A stretch of DNA of 64,000 nt from Promethearchaeota archaeon (GCA_048939625.1 JBHLPH010000006.1:28476-92475); one strand, 5' to 3'. Positions 55,109 through 64,000 are shown, counted from the first letter of the stretch. Program-made: numbers and translations. The notes: generated by a model not told the origin, from the sequence alone.

Positions 55109-56293
55109 ATGGCGGAGATTAGATTGAGACCTGTAGCTATTGTTGGGGTCGGACTCACACAATGGGGTAAACGTAATGATGTTTCATTAGGTGAACTCAT
55201 TGTTGAATCAGCAGAACATGCCTTTGAAGATACGAAGGATTTAACGCCAAAAGATATTGACGCTTTGTATGTGGCGAATGCTCAATCAGAACGATTCACT
55301 GAACAAGCGCATCCAGCAAATCTTGCTGCTGAATTTCTGGGTATGTCCCCTAAGGTGACTTCAAGAGTTGAAATGGCTTGTGCAAGTGGAAGTGCTGCTA
55401 TTCGTAATGCCTTTTTCGCTATTACATCTGGACAAGCAGAATCAGCCCTTGTGTCTGGCGTTGAAAAAATGTGTAATGTACCTTCTCCTGAAGCCATGCG
55501 TAATCTCTGCTTAGTAGAGGACCTGACCTTTGAAAGTTTTCATGGCATGATTCCTCCCTCAGGATTTGCCCTTATCGCATCGCGATACATGCATGAGTAT
55601 GGTGTGACCCAAGAACAACTCGCAAAGATTGCTGTGAAAAATCATAAGAATGGCTCAAAAAATCCAATCGCTCAATTTCGAAAAGAAATCACAATTGAAA
55701 CCGTTCTTGAATCACCCATGATTGCACACCCACTGAATCTTTATGACTGCAGTCCGATTTCCGATGGATCCGCAGCAGTGATCCTCGTCTCTGCTAAAGA
55801 AGCCCGAAAGTACAATGATACACCTGTTGATATCATCGGGTCAGGACAATTCATGGAACCTTCCTTCAACTGCTCGAATATGCAAAGCCTAACAACATGG
55901 AGAGCACTCGTAAATGCAGCAAAAAACGCCTATTCCATGGCAAAACTCAAGCCCAAAGATATGGATCTAGCAGAAACCCACGACTGCTTCACCATCGCAG
56001 AACTCATTGAATGTGAAGATCTTGGGTTATGTAAGAAAGGAGAAGGACCACAGCTAATTGATAGTGGTGATACTGAAATCGGAGGAAGAATTCCTGTTAA
56101 TCCCTCTGGAGGACTCAAATCGAAAGGGCATCCTGTGGGTGCGACAGGTGTCGCACAAATCGCTGAAGTAACAGAGCAGTTACGGGGTGAATGTGGTCCG
56201 CGGCAAGTCGATGGTGCAACCACAGGGATTACGCAAAACCTGAGTGGGTTCGCGACACATCATGTCGTTCATATTCTTCGGAGGCAGAACTAA
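55109..56293 (+). CDS. Thiolase-domain protein, second copy
   Basis: EMACASGSAAIRNA, HDCFTIAELI and GHPVGATGV. Confidence 0.9.
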   Translation: MAEIRLRPVAIVGVGLTQWGKRNDVSLGELIVESAEHAFEDTKDLTPKDIDALYVANAQSERFTEQAHPANLAAEFLGMSPKVTSRVEMACASGSAAIRNAFFAITSGQAESALVSGVEKMCNVPSPEAMRNLCLVEDLTFESFHGMIPPSGFALIASRYMHEYGVTQEQLAKIAVKNHKNGSKNPIAQFRKEITIETVLESPMIAHPLNLYDCSPISDGSAAVILVSAKEARKYNDTPVDIIGSGQFMEPSFNCSNMQSLTTWRALVNAAKNAYSMAKLKPKDMDLAETHDCFTIAELIECEDLGLCKKGEGPQLIDSGDTEIGGRIPVNPSGGLKSKGHPVGATGVAQIAEVTEQLRGECGPRQVDGATTGITQNLSGFATHHVVHILRRQN

Positions 56294-56309
56294 GTTGACT
56301 GAACAACCG

Positions 56310-56705
56310 ATGGACCTTCCCTATTGTCTTGTTTATCCTGGATCTCAAATCAAACCTTTCTGGGATAACCTCGCGCAAAATAAATTCACGACTACAAAAT
56401 GCCCTAATTGCGGGGTTTTGTGGCCTCCCAAATCTACTTGCCCCCAATGTGGAGACAAGATCGCAGAATGGATTGAGCTAAAGGGAACCGGAGAGATCTA
56501 CGCGAAAACCTATGTTGGAGCTTCACCTCCTGCATTCAAGGAGATGTTACCTTACATCATCGCCATCGGGAAACTCGATGAGGGAATTCTCGTTGTTGCC
56601 CGAGTAGAAAATGCAAAATTTGAAGATCTCAAAATTGGTACACCAATAAAAATTGAGATAAAGAAGGCATTTGGATTAGATTCCTACGTATTCATTCCTG
56701 CCTAA
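56310..56705 (+). CDS. DUF35 zinc-ribbon/OB-fold protein, second copy
   Basis: CPNCGVLWPPKSTCPQCG followed by an OB-fold segment. The start is ATG 56310 or TTG 56295; the track start 56244 would overlap the thiolase. Confidence 0.8.
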   Translation: MDLPYCLVYPGSQIKPFWDNLAQNKFTTTKCPNCGVLWPPKSTCPQCGDKIAEWIELKGTGEIYAKTYVGASPPAFKEMLPYIIAIGKLDEGILVVARVENAKFEDLKIGTPIKIEIKKAFGLDSYVFIPA

Positions 56706-56862
56706 TTCACTTTGAAGAATAGATAAGATAGATTCTTCGAAGTGTCATTCCTTTCCCTCCATTTTTGTAATAGAATATTCTATGTTCATCGAAAATTGTA
56801 GTATCAAGTAGAAACTTCAAATAAGAGAAACTGATACTTACTCACCAACTTTGGTGGTTAAG

Positions 56863-57798
56863 ATGGCTAAACCCAAATACAAAGAAATTCTTTATGAGAA
56901 GAAAGATTGGGTCGCTACTATCACAATCAACCGTGCGGACAAATACAATGCGTATACACTTCTGACACTCAACGAAATGTGTGATGCCCTTCATACAGCC
57001 TCATGGGATGACGAAGTTGGTGTAATTGTCGTTACTGGTGCAGGCAAGAAAGCTTTCTGCACCGGAGGGGACGTTAAAGAATATGCAACCAAGTACACTA
57101 AGAAACCTCGTGACTTTTGGAAATGGTGTGAAATTTTCGAACGTGCCTTACATCTGTTACGACATTGTGGAAAACCAGTGATAGCTCGATTAAACGGTAT
57201 CGTTGCTGGTGGTGGAAATGAAATCCAAATGGCATGCGACCTAGCAATTGCTGCAGACCATGTCGAAATATTTCAAGTCGGAACGAGGGTCGGAAGCGTA
57301 GCTTCCGGAGGCGCTACTCAGTGGCTGCCAATCATTATCGGCGACCGACGGGCCCGGGAAATGCTATTCACCTGTGATCGAATTAGTGCTGAAAAAGCTA
57401 AAGATTGGGGGCTCGTCAACGAAGTTGTTCCCTATGATAAACTCGATGACACCATTGCAGAATGGTCAAAGAAAATCCTTGAAAAATTCCCCGAATGTCT
57501 ACGCTTTACCAAAGCGCAAGTGAACTTCTGGAAAGACTTAGTCTGGTCACTCACATGGCCAAGTGTACGAGACTGGCTCAGCGTCCACTTCAGTTCCCAA
57601 GAACCCCATGAAGGAATGTGGGCTTTCGTCGAGAAACGACCTCCAGCATACATGAAATTACGACAGGAAGCCGCAGATGGGAAATCACCTGAATTCAAAT
57701 GGGGACCATGGGAGAAGACCTGTCCAAGCTGCAACACAACATACTTACCTAGTGAGTTTACTCACTGCGGAAAATGTGGCGCAAAGCTAGACAAGTAA
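56863..57798 (+). CDS. Crotonase-superfamily protein of MenB/BadI-like type with a C-terminal zinc-ribbon extension
   Basis: ITINRADKYNAYT..VIVVTGAGKKAFCTGGDVKEY..GGGNEIQMACDLAIA, and a C-terminal CPSCNTTY...CGKCGAKL. Confidence 0.8.
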   Translation: MAKPKYKEILYEKKDWVATITINRADKYNAYTLLTLNEMCDALHTASWDDEVGVIVVTGAGKKAFCTGGDVKEYATKYTKKPRDFWKWCEIFERALHLLRHCGKPVIARLNGIVAGGGNEIQMACDLAIAADHVEIFQVGTRVGSVASGGATQWLPIIIGDRRAREMLFTCDRISAEKAKDWGLVNEVVPYDKLDDTIAEWSKKILEKFPECLRFTKAQVNFWKDLVWSLTWPSVRDWLSVHFSSQEPHEGMWAFVEKRPPAYMKLRQEAADGKSPEFKWGPWEKTCPSCNTTYLPSEFTHCGKCGAKLDK

Positions 57799-57882
57799 CC
57801 CTGAATCCGAGTCTCAAATAACCCTCAATTGTCCTCAATTCGAGGTCTTGAGCTTATGACAGGTTCAAGATAAGGTCAGGGT

Positions 57883-58746
57883 TTATTTGTTCCAATCATA
57901 GAATCCTTGCTTAGTCTTTCTACCTAACTTGCCTTCTTTAACCATCTTTCCCAGTAGAGGAGCTGCAGCGTACTTGTGTTTATCCATCTCTTTTTGGAAC
58001 ACATGGGTGATGGAAAGGGTAGTATCAAGCCCTACATAATCTAAGAGGGTGATTGGGCCCATTGGCCAGTTTAACCCTAACTTAATTGCCTTATCGATAT
58101 CTTCTGGTTCTGCAACATCCTCTTGGAGTAGCCAGATAGCTTCGTTGAGCGCAGGAACTAGTATCCGGTTAACAATAAAGCCTGGTGAGTCTTTCTTACA
58201 CAGTACGGTTTCCTTGCCCATTTTCTGTGATACTTGTTCAACAACTGAAACGGTGTTATCAGAAGTCTTATCTCCTCGGATAATTTCAACGAGTTTCATT
58301 ATTTGCACGGGGTTAAAGAAGTGCATACCCACGACTTTATCGGGACGTTTAGTAGCTGCGGCAATACGACTAATACTGATTGAGGAAGTGTTCGATGAAA
58401 GTATTGCATGCAGTGGTGCAAGTTCATCCATTTCAGCAAAGATTTTTTTCTTGAGATCTAGGTTTTCAGGAACCGCCTCAATAACGAAATCAGTGTTACT
58501 CATTGCTTCCTTCATATCAAGAGTAGGGTGAATGCGTTTGAGCGTTGCATCAGCATCAGATTGGGTTAGTTTCTCTTTTTCAACAAGTTTGCCAAGGCTC
58601 CATTCAATTCGACCCATACCCGTGTCGATGAATTCTTGTTTAATATCTTTCAAATAGACCTCATACCCAGCGATTTGGGCTAGAACTTGTGTTACGCCAT
58701 GACCCATGAGTCCAGCGCCAATAACTGCGACTTTTTTGATTTCCAA
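57883..58746 (-). CDS. 3-hydroxyacyl-CoA dehydrogenase
   Basis: KKVAVIGAGLMGHG, SNTSS and HFFNP. TTG 58746 follows GAGGTG and is preferred over the longer track ORF. Confidence 0.85.
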   Translation of the reverse strand: MEIKKVAVIGAGLMGHGVTQVLAQIAGYEVYLKDIKQEFIDTGMGRIEWSLGKLVEKEKLTQSDADATLKRIHPTLDMKEAMSNTDFVIEAVPENLDLKKKIFAEMDELAPLHAILSSNTSSISISRIAAATKRPDKVVGMHFFNPVQIMKLVEIIRGDKTSDNTVSVVEQVSQKMGKETVLCKKDSPGFIVNRILVPALNEAIWLLQEDVAEPEDIDKAIKLGLNWPMGPITLLDYVGLDTTLSITHVFQKEMDKHKYAAAPLLGKMVKEGKLGRKTKQGFYDWNK

Positions 58747-58832
58747 AAGCGTCACCTCGCAGAGGCTATGCAAGATGTTATTAAAAAACCTGTTATTCGT
58801 AAAAAATACAGAACACAACCAAGCGGATTTTT

Positions 58833-60107
58833 ATGCGAAATATGCCCTCTTTGGGTATTGAGTGGATTCGTGTGCGCCTGGTAATTATTGGAAGCGGAGC
58901 TGCTGGGCTGAGTGCAGTGCAAACACTAATCGAACATCAGCATACCGCTGATGTCGTATTAATCACAAAGGAGACTCGATTCTATGCGCTGTTCTCACTT
59001 CCTTCATTTGTCGCCGGAGAAATCGATGAAAAATCTCTCGATCGGTTTGATCGTCAGTATTTCGAAGACGCTGGAATCAAAATGAAACTGGATACAAATG
59101 TCACAGCTGTGAATGTTGATTCAAACTCAGTCCTCCTCGAAACCGGGGATGAGCTTCCTTATGATCGGCTTCTCATTGCTACAGGTGCTTCTGCAATTAA
59201 ACCTCCAATAGAAGGACTTGACAAAGATGGTGTAGTAACTCTGGTTAATTTACGAGATAGTGAAGCTATCTTAGCAAGAGCGGAACGCAAGATCAAACAT
59301 GCAGTTATAATTGGTGGAGGGTTTGTTGGGCTTGAAAGTGCTACTGCACTCCATCGGCTAGGTGCTAAAGTCACAATCATTGAAAGAGAAAAGCATCTTC
59401 TCCCACGAATGCTAGATGAAGATACTGCAGAAATTGTGACTCAACTCCTACAAAAGCAGAACGTAGAAGTTCAGACTTCAACAAGCGTTAGCAAGATTCT
59501 AGGTGATAAGACGGTCACTGGAGCCCAAGTTGGTCGAAAACAGCTTCATTGTGATCTGGTTGTCGTTGCGGTGGGTGTTCGTCCAAATCTTGACATCATC
59601 AAGGGAACCCGAATTAAAACAAATGAAGGAATTCTTGTTAACGAATACATGCAAACCAACGTGGAGCACATATACGCGGCAGGAGACGTTGCGGAGGCAT
59701 TAGATCGCGCGACGAACGAATTAAAAATCAATGCAATATGGCCAAACGCCATTTCTCAAGGCCGAATTGCTGCACAAAATATGCTCGGTCAGCAGATTTC
59801 ATATCAGGGATCTGATGCCATCAACCTAATCAACATCTTTGAGACACCCGTGCTTAGCATTGGTCGGACTTTAAGCGAGATAGGGACTTGTGAAGTTATC
59901 CGTATATATCGAAATGAAGTATACAGGAAGCTCTTTCTTTGTGATGGCAAAGTCATGGGGTACCAATCAGTAGGTGATCTTCGAAATGCAGGATTTCTCC
60001 TGCATGCCCATCGAACTGGAGCCGATATATCAGATGTCGTTGAGTCTCTAAAGAAAGATCTGCTTATAGGTCAGTATTATTGGCGTTCTCAAGAAAAACA
60101 AACCTAG
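58833..60107 (+). CDS. FAD/NAD(P)-dependent pyridine-nucleotide-disulfide-family oxidoreductase
   Basis: Two Rossmann motifs (VIIGSGAAGLSA and VIIGGGFVGLESA) plus AAGDVA. The start is uncertain (ATG 58833 or GTG 58872). Confidence 0.8.
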   Translation: MRNMPSLGIEWIRVRLVIIGSGAAGLSAVQTLIEHQHTADVVLITKETRFYALFSLPSFVAGEIDEKSLDRFDRQYFEDAGIKMKLDTNVTAVNVDSNSVLLETGDELPYDRLLIATGASAIKPPIEGLDKDGVVTLVNLRDSEAILARAERKIKHAVIIGGGFVGLESATALHRLGAKVTIIEREKHLLPRMLDEDTAEIVTQLLQKQNVEVQTSTSVSKILGDKTVTGAQVGRKQLHCDLVVVAVGVRPNLDIIKGTRIKTNEGILVNEYMQTNVEHIYAAGDVAEALDRATNELKINAIWPNAISQGRIAAQNMLGQQISYQGSDAINLINIFETPVLSIGRTLSEIGTCEVIRIYRNEVYRKLFLCDGKVMGYQSVGDLRNAGFLLHAHRTGADISDVVESLKKDLLIGQYYWRSQEKQT

Positions 60108-60126
60108 CCAATAAGAATCTCAGGAA

Positions 60127-60582
60127 TTATTTCTCTGTAATGAGAACACGGGCTAATTGCTCTTTTCGTCGTTGCATGGCTTCCTGAGTTTCTTCCGCAT
60201 ATTCGATGGCATTTGTGGAACAATATTTCACGCATTGTGGATCACCGCCACAAAGATCGCATTGAATTAGTTCCTTACCATGGGTTGTTATTGCAGAGAA
60301 AGGGCACACAACTGCACATAGTCGACAGCCAATGCACCGGTCATCGTCGCGTGTTACATGTCCTTCGTCTTTTGTGATAGCGTTTTGTGGGCAGGCTGTG
60401 ATGCAAGGCGCGTCCTGGCATTGAAAGCATACAACTGGAAACTCAAATCGTTCAAACTCATCTCGGACAACGCTGATTGCGGCTTTTCTTGGGTTGCATT
60501 CTCCGAATTTGGTTAATGAACACGCTAGTGAACATAATCGGCAACCAGTACACCGTTCTGGATAAACGAAAATATACTTCAT
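60127..60582 (-). CDS. Polyferredoxin with four [4Fe-4S] motifs (CooF/HycB-like), AOR partner
   Basis: CTGCRLCSLAC, CFQCQDAPCITACP, CIGCRLCAVVCP and CDLCGG..CVKYC. It overlaps the AOR stop by 4 nt. Confidence 0.85.
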   Translation of the reverse strand: MKYIFVYPERCTGCRLCSLACSLTKFGECNPRKAAISVVRDEFERFEFPVVCFQCQDAPCITACPQNAITKDEGHVTRDDDRCIGCRLCAVVCPFSAITTHGKELIQCDLCGGDPQCVKYCSTNAIEYAEETQEAMQRRKEQLARVLITEK

Positions 60583-62411
60583 TCAATCGCCTCCAATTCG
60601 TTCACACGTTCTTCTGATAACATTCCTTCATTGTTCCACCCACGAAGAGCATAGTATCGGTCTAACATGGTCTGAAACTGTTTTCGGTCAATATGATGCC
60701 CCTTCGCGGTCTTTAGAGGAGCGGGGTCATCGAAGTAGCGTTTAGGTAGCGAATCATCTGCGCGGGTGAGTCCAAATCGAAGATTGAGGATTCGTTCAGT
60801 GTCGATTATTCGTTGCCCTATCTTCTTCAATTCGTGATTTTCAAATTTGAGGTCAACAGCCGCATGTAGGAATTTCTTTACCTGTTCATATCCAATGAGA
60901 TGTGGGCTGTTAAAGCCATGACAGATGAATTTGCAGATTCCCACAGCATCGATTACTGCATACATGTTATCCGACCAAAAGACGGTTTTTTCCTTTCCCT
61001 CATATGATGTGGGATCAGGTGAGATGCCGGTCCCATAGATGTTTTCCTTTACTTCCGAGGGCAATCTGAGAAAGATTTCGAGGGTGGGTCGACTACGCAA
61101 GTGGTCCGCACCTCTTGAAGCGGTTGCGATGCCTAGCGCGAACGCTTTGATATACCGAACATCATGTGGATCGCTTTGAGGGAGGTTCTTTACAGCGATG
61201 AGATATTCTGCTGATTTTGGTCCAAAATGCTGTACAGCTTGACTACTTTCCGCCAAGACATCTCCCAGCCCTTCACGGCGGGAAGTTTTTTCTAGAAGTG
61301 ATTTGACGAGTTCAAAGTTTTCGAATTCCAGCTTCTCGCCAAGGAATTTTGATTTATCAACCAACCCTTTTTCATACAGCTCAAAAACCCAAGCCAGAAT
61401 TCCCCCTGCTGACGCAGTATCTAACCCAAGTCGGTTGCATAGGTTATTCAACTCTATAACCTGTTTGGGATCAGAGAGTCCAACATTTGCTCCCAGCAAT
61501 CCGATTGTTGTATATTCAGGACCTTCCCCATTCAAGGTGTTTCGATGCCGACAATGTACTATGCATGAGGCGCAGGATACCATTTTTTCGGCATATTCTT
61601 CGAAAAATTCAGCGTTCAATGAATCGGACCAAGCGTTCAGCTGACTATTCTTGGTGCGAATCGCTCCCAGTGCATTACTAACATCATACAAATATGGGGA
61701 GCCCAATTTACCCATGACTGAGATAACCTTTGAATTCAGGATATACTCGTTTGTATTCTTGGTGAGCTCCAGAAGCTGCTCTGGATGAGCGACCTTAAGA
61801 CCTTGGGTGCCATAAGCAACTAAAGCTTTCAAGTTTTTTGATCCCATGACGGCACCAAGGCCACCCCGCCCTCCAGCGTTCTTCACACCATTGCGTATGT
61901 TTGCAAATCGGACGAGTTTTTCACCAGCTTCTCCAGTGACAGCAGCCTGTACATCACCTAGATCTTTCCGTAACTCGATTTGAACATCATAGGTATCAAG
62001 ACCCCAATAATCAGAGGCGTCGCGAATTTCAACGGAACCATCCTGAAGGAAAATATAACTTGGCTTCTTCGCTTTTCCAAATATGATAATCTGGTCAAAG
62101 CCAGCATAGCGCATCTCCGGACCAAAATAACCTCCACAGTTAGTGTCACCCAAGAACCCTGATTCTGGGGATTTTGCTGTTACATTGAAGCGTGACGCGT
62201 TTGGAATAAGATACCCAGTAAGTAAACCAGCACCAAATATCAACACGTTTTCCGGAGAAAGAGGATCCACATTCTTCCTTAACAATTTGTTAAGATGATA
62301 GACGTTCGTACCTCGACCGCCTAAATAGCTTCTTAGTACATTTGCGGGCATTTCACTGATTTTCACTGAGCCTGTACTAAGATTGACAATAACATAGTGG
62401 TTTGTTGTCAT
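60579..62411 (-). CDS. aor: Aldehyde:ferredoxin oxidoreductase family (tungstopterin) enzyme
   Basis: The 610-aa protein has an AOR N-terminal domain (LGGRG...) and the motifs GLDT.S.G and CKF. Confidence 0.9.
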   Translation of the reverse strand: MTTNHYVIVNLSTGSVKISEMPANVLRSYLGGRGTNVYHLNKLLRKNVDPLSPENVLIFGAGLLTGYLIPNASRFNVTAKSPESGFLGDTNCGGYFGPEMRYAGFDQIIIFGKAKKPSYIFLQDGSVEIRDASDYWGLDTYDVQIELRKDLGDVQAAVTGEAGEKLVRFANIRNGVKNAGGRGGLGAVMGSKNLKALVAYGTQGLKVAHPEQLLELTKNTNEYILNSKVISVMGKLGSPYLYDVSNALGAIRTKNSQLNAWSDSLNAEFFEEYAEKMVSCASCIVHCRHRNTLNGEGPEYTTIGLLGANVGLSDPKQVIELNNLCNRLGLDTASAGGILAWVFELYEKGLVDKSKFLGEKLEFENFELVKSLLEKTSRREGLGDVLAESSQAVQHFGPKSAEYLIAVKNLPQSDPHDVRYIKAFALGIATASRGADHLRSRPTLEIFLRLPSEVKENIYGTGISPDPTSYEGKEKTVFWSDNMYAVIDAVGICKFICHGFNSPHLIGYEQVKKFLHAAVDLKFENHELKKIGQRIIDTERILNLRFGLTRADDSLPKRYFDDPAPLKTAKGHHIDRKQFQTMLDRYYALRGWNNEGMLSEERVNELEAIE

Positions 62412-62434
62412 TTTGGGTTATTCCAGAGTGTTTG

Positions 62435-62731
62435 TTATCCGCCACCAACTGCCATTACTAGTGTTAATGTTGCAGACTTCTGAATCGAGATATCATTAAG
62501 ATTTTTCTCAAGAACAGGTTTGTTGTCAAGAAAAATATTAAGATACTTGTGGATTTCGCCAGTCTTGGTATACAATTCTGGGCGGAGAGTAGGGTACATT
62601 TCTACTAGCCTGCCAAGTATGGTTTCAATGGTGTCATTTTCTTCTGAATCTAGCTTTATCTCTTCAATTCCGGTTGTAATCTTCAATACGCCTACCAACC
62701 GAATTGTGACACCCATATCTACACTTTCCAT
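62435..62731 (-). CDS. MoaD/ThiS-family ubiquitin-like protein ending in GGG
   Basis: A beta-grasp-sized ORF ending in ...TLVMAVGGG. ATG 62731 follows GGGGAG; ATG 62716 is also possible. Confidence 0.65.
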   Translation of the reverse strand: MESVDMGVTIRLVGVLKITTGIEEIKLDSEENDTIETILGRLVEMYPTLRPELYTKTGEIHKYLNIFLDNKPVLEKNLNDISIQKSATLTLVMAVGGG

Positions 62732-62964
62732 CGATTCTCTCCCCAACCTCCAGCTACAGAAATCAAAAATCTTTACTTTTCTCCAGTTCACCAACCCTCG
62801 TACCCACAAACGTGTCTATGACGTGGATATTTTACTCTTCAATTTTCACCGCCTTGAGAAATGCTCAACTCACTACCAAAGCAGTATTTAGACATCTCAT
62901 CAAGGGAGGTACGAAGTCCTTTTTCTCTGTAGTTACTAGGTTATACTTTCAACCCATTGAGTGG

Positions 62965-64000
62965 CTATTTGTATATGCCATATTCCTTGGTGAAGTCTGC
63001 CATGGCCTTCAGATTCTCTGGCTTGATTTGATCAAAGAAAGCCCCATTGGACATGATATAACCACCGCCTTTACCAGCGGTATCAATGAGTTCTTTTGCA
63101 CAGTCTTTCACTTGTTGAGGTGTGCCTACAGCCAACAAATCGGTGGGGATATTACCGCCTATGCAGGCAACGGTACCAATCGTTTTCTTGGCTTTTGTCA
63201 TGTCAGTCGTGTCGAACACCCATAGTGTCTTACCTTTAGGTAGGTCTTTGATAACTTCCAGACGGGAAGTAAAGCCCCCTTCAGCCACAGGAAATGGGAT
63301 GCATCCCTCTTCAATCAAGCCCATCATGACTTTTCTAAAGGTAGGCCAGTAGAATTTTTTGAATTGTTCATCGGAGAGGAACCCATCAGCACCTTTGTGG
63401 AGGGGCATAAAGACCAATGGCTTTTGGTTCACCATTGCTGCTCCTACGCCCATTCGAATCATGAGTGGTGTTAGAGTCTCCATGGCTTCAAGTAGCTTCT
63501 CCGGTCGACGGTACATGTCCACCATTATCCCTTTGGTTCCTCTAAGTGTGTCACCAAGCACATCAAAAGGAGCCTTTGTAAATCCGGCGAGGAGCGGTGG
63601 ATATCCTAAAGTGGCCATCTCACCGTCGAACCCTCCTACCATTTCTACCCATTTCAGGGTTTCAGCCCCAGCATCAAAAAGTGCCTTATAAGTTTCTTGG
63701 ACTGGAGGTAGACCAAACGGTATGAAGTTAAAAGCAACGCCATACATTTCGAGTATACCAGTCAGAGCGGGGAGCATCTTGAATCCCTCCAGCTTGCCAA
63801 ATACACGTGGTAAATAGTTATTACTGAAGAAATTCGACGGGTCCTGAATCAAGTTGTCATACTCTGCGGCTTCCATGTATACTCCTTCGTTAGCTTGGTA
63901 GGAATGTTCAGGTGCGACCCCATGTCCAGGCCAAGAATATAATTGGTAGTCGAGGATTTCGAAGAACTTACCTGGACCGGGTCCAGCACAGCCCATATGG
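62965..64000 (-). CDS. Uroporphyrinogen-decarboxylase (URO-D) family protein (MtaA/CmuA-like methyltransferase or decarboxylase), probably 5'-truncated by window edge
   Basis: The frame stays open to the window end, and the URO-D-like C-terminal half includes ..IGGNIPTDLL..G..GGYIMSNG. The ATG at 63996 may be internal. Confidence 0.7.
   Translation of the reverse strand, partial: HMGCAGPGPGKFFEILDYQLYSWPGHGVAPEHSYQANEGVYMEAAEYDNLIQDPSNFFSNNYLPRVFGKLEGFKMLPALTGILEMYGVAFNFIPFGLPPVQETYKALFDAGAETLKWVEMVGGFDGEMATLGYPPLLAGFTKAPFDVLGDTLRGTKGIMVDMYRRPEKLLEAMETLTPLMIRMGVGAAMVNQKPLVFMPLHKGADGFLSDEQFKKFYWPTFRKVMMGLIEEGCIPFPVAEGGFTSRLEVIKDLPKGKTLWVFDTTDMTKAKKTIGTVACIGGNIPTDLLAVGTPQQVKDCAKELIDTAGKGGGYIMSNGAFFDQIKPENLKAMADFTKEYGIYK

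Overview
This is a gene-dense window (about 75 supportable features), most likely from an anaerobic archaeon. Supporting signs are AT-rich TATA-like boxes about 25-35 nt upstream of several starts, GGAGG-type ribosome-binding sites, many Lrp/AsnC regulators, a PAC2-family protein, thiolase/DUF35 pairs, an F420-type LLM oxidoreductase and many Fe-S proteins. The lineage cannot be assigned without a database search. I saw no rRNA, tRNA, CRISPR array, transposase or integrase by eye.

Layout:
- 0-1.2 kb: PAC2-family protein and Hsp20.
- 1.5-6.3 kb: metallocluster-handling island with DUF134 x2, NifX-like x2, MinD-ferredoxin ATPase x2 and a radical SAM protein. It resembles the Desulfovibrio 'orange protein' gene set.
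- 6.3-12.7 kb: acyl-CoA dehydrogenase, ferredoxins, a GNAT acetyltransferase, an OB-fold protein with an RG-rich tail, and oxidative-stress genes.
- 12.7-17.8 kb: complete reductive pyrimidine catabolism set.
- 17.8-22.8 kb: miscellaneous genes (phosphatase, DUF362, an orphan protein, an M20 peptidase, an MBL hydrolase).
- 22.9-32.5 kb: accessory-looking array, and the most novel-looking part of the window. Three paralogous fused double-Lrp regulators are interleaved with three paralogous signal-peptide / ConA-LamG-like / Pro-linker proteins. Those proteins share an almost invariant C-terminal VTPW-TM-RRRQKK-ITPGEE module. The region also holds two more OB-fold paralogues and a decayed gene.
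- 32.7-40.4 kb: methyltransferases, an SDR, an ADH, a crotonase, an isopropylmalate/homocitrate-synthase-like protein, DUF2148 and ArsR.
- 40.5-64 kb: large anaerobic aryl-acid / acyl-CoA island. It contains a four-subunit class-I benzoyl-CoA-reductase-like enzyme with its ferredoxin and a giant ferredoxin:NAD(P)H oxidoreductase fusion, IorAB, an amidohydrolase-2 protein, crotonases, two mirrored thiolase/DUF35 pairs, a hydroxyacyl-CoA dehydrogenase, a tungsten-type AOR with polyferredoxin and MoaD, and a URO-D-family protein cut by the window edge.

All functional calls rest on motif recognition from the translated ORFs. No searches were run.
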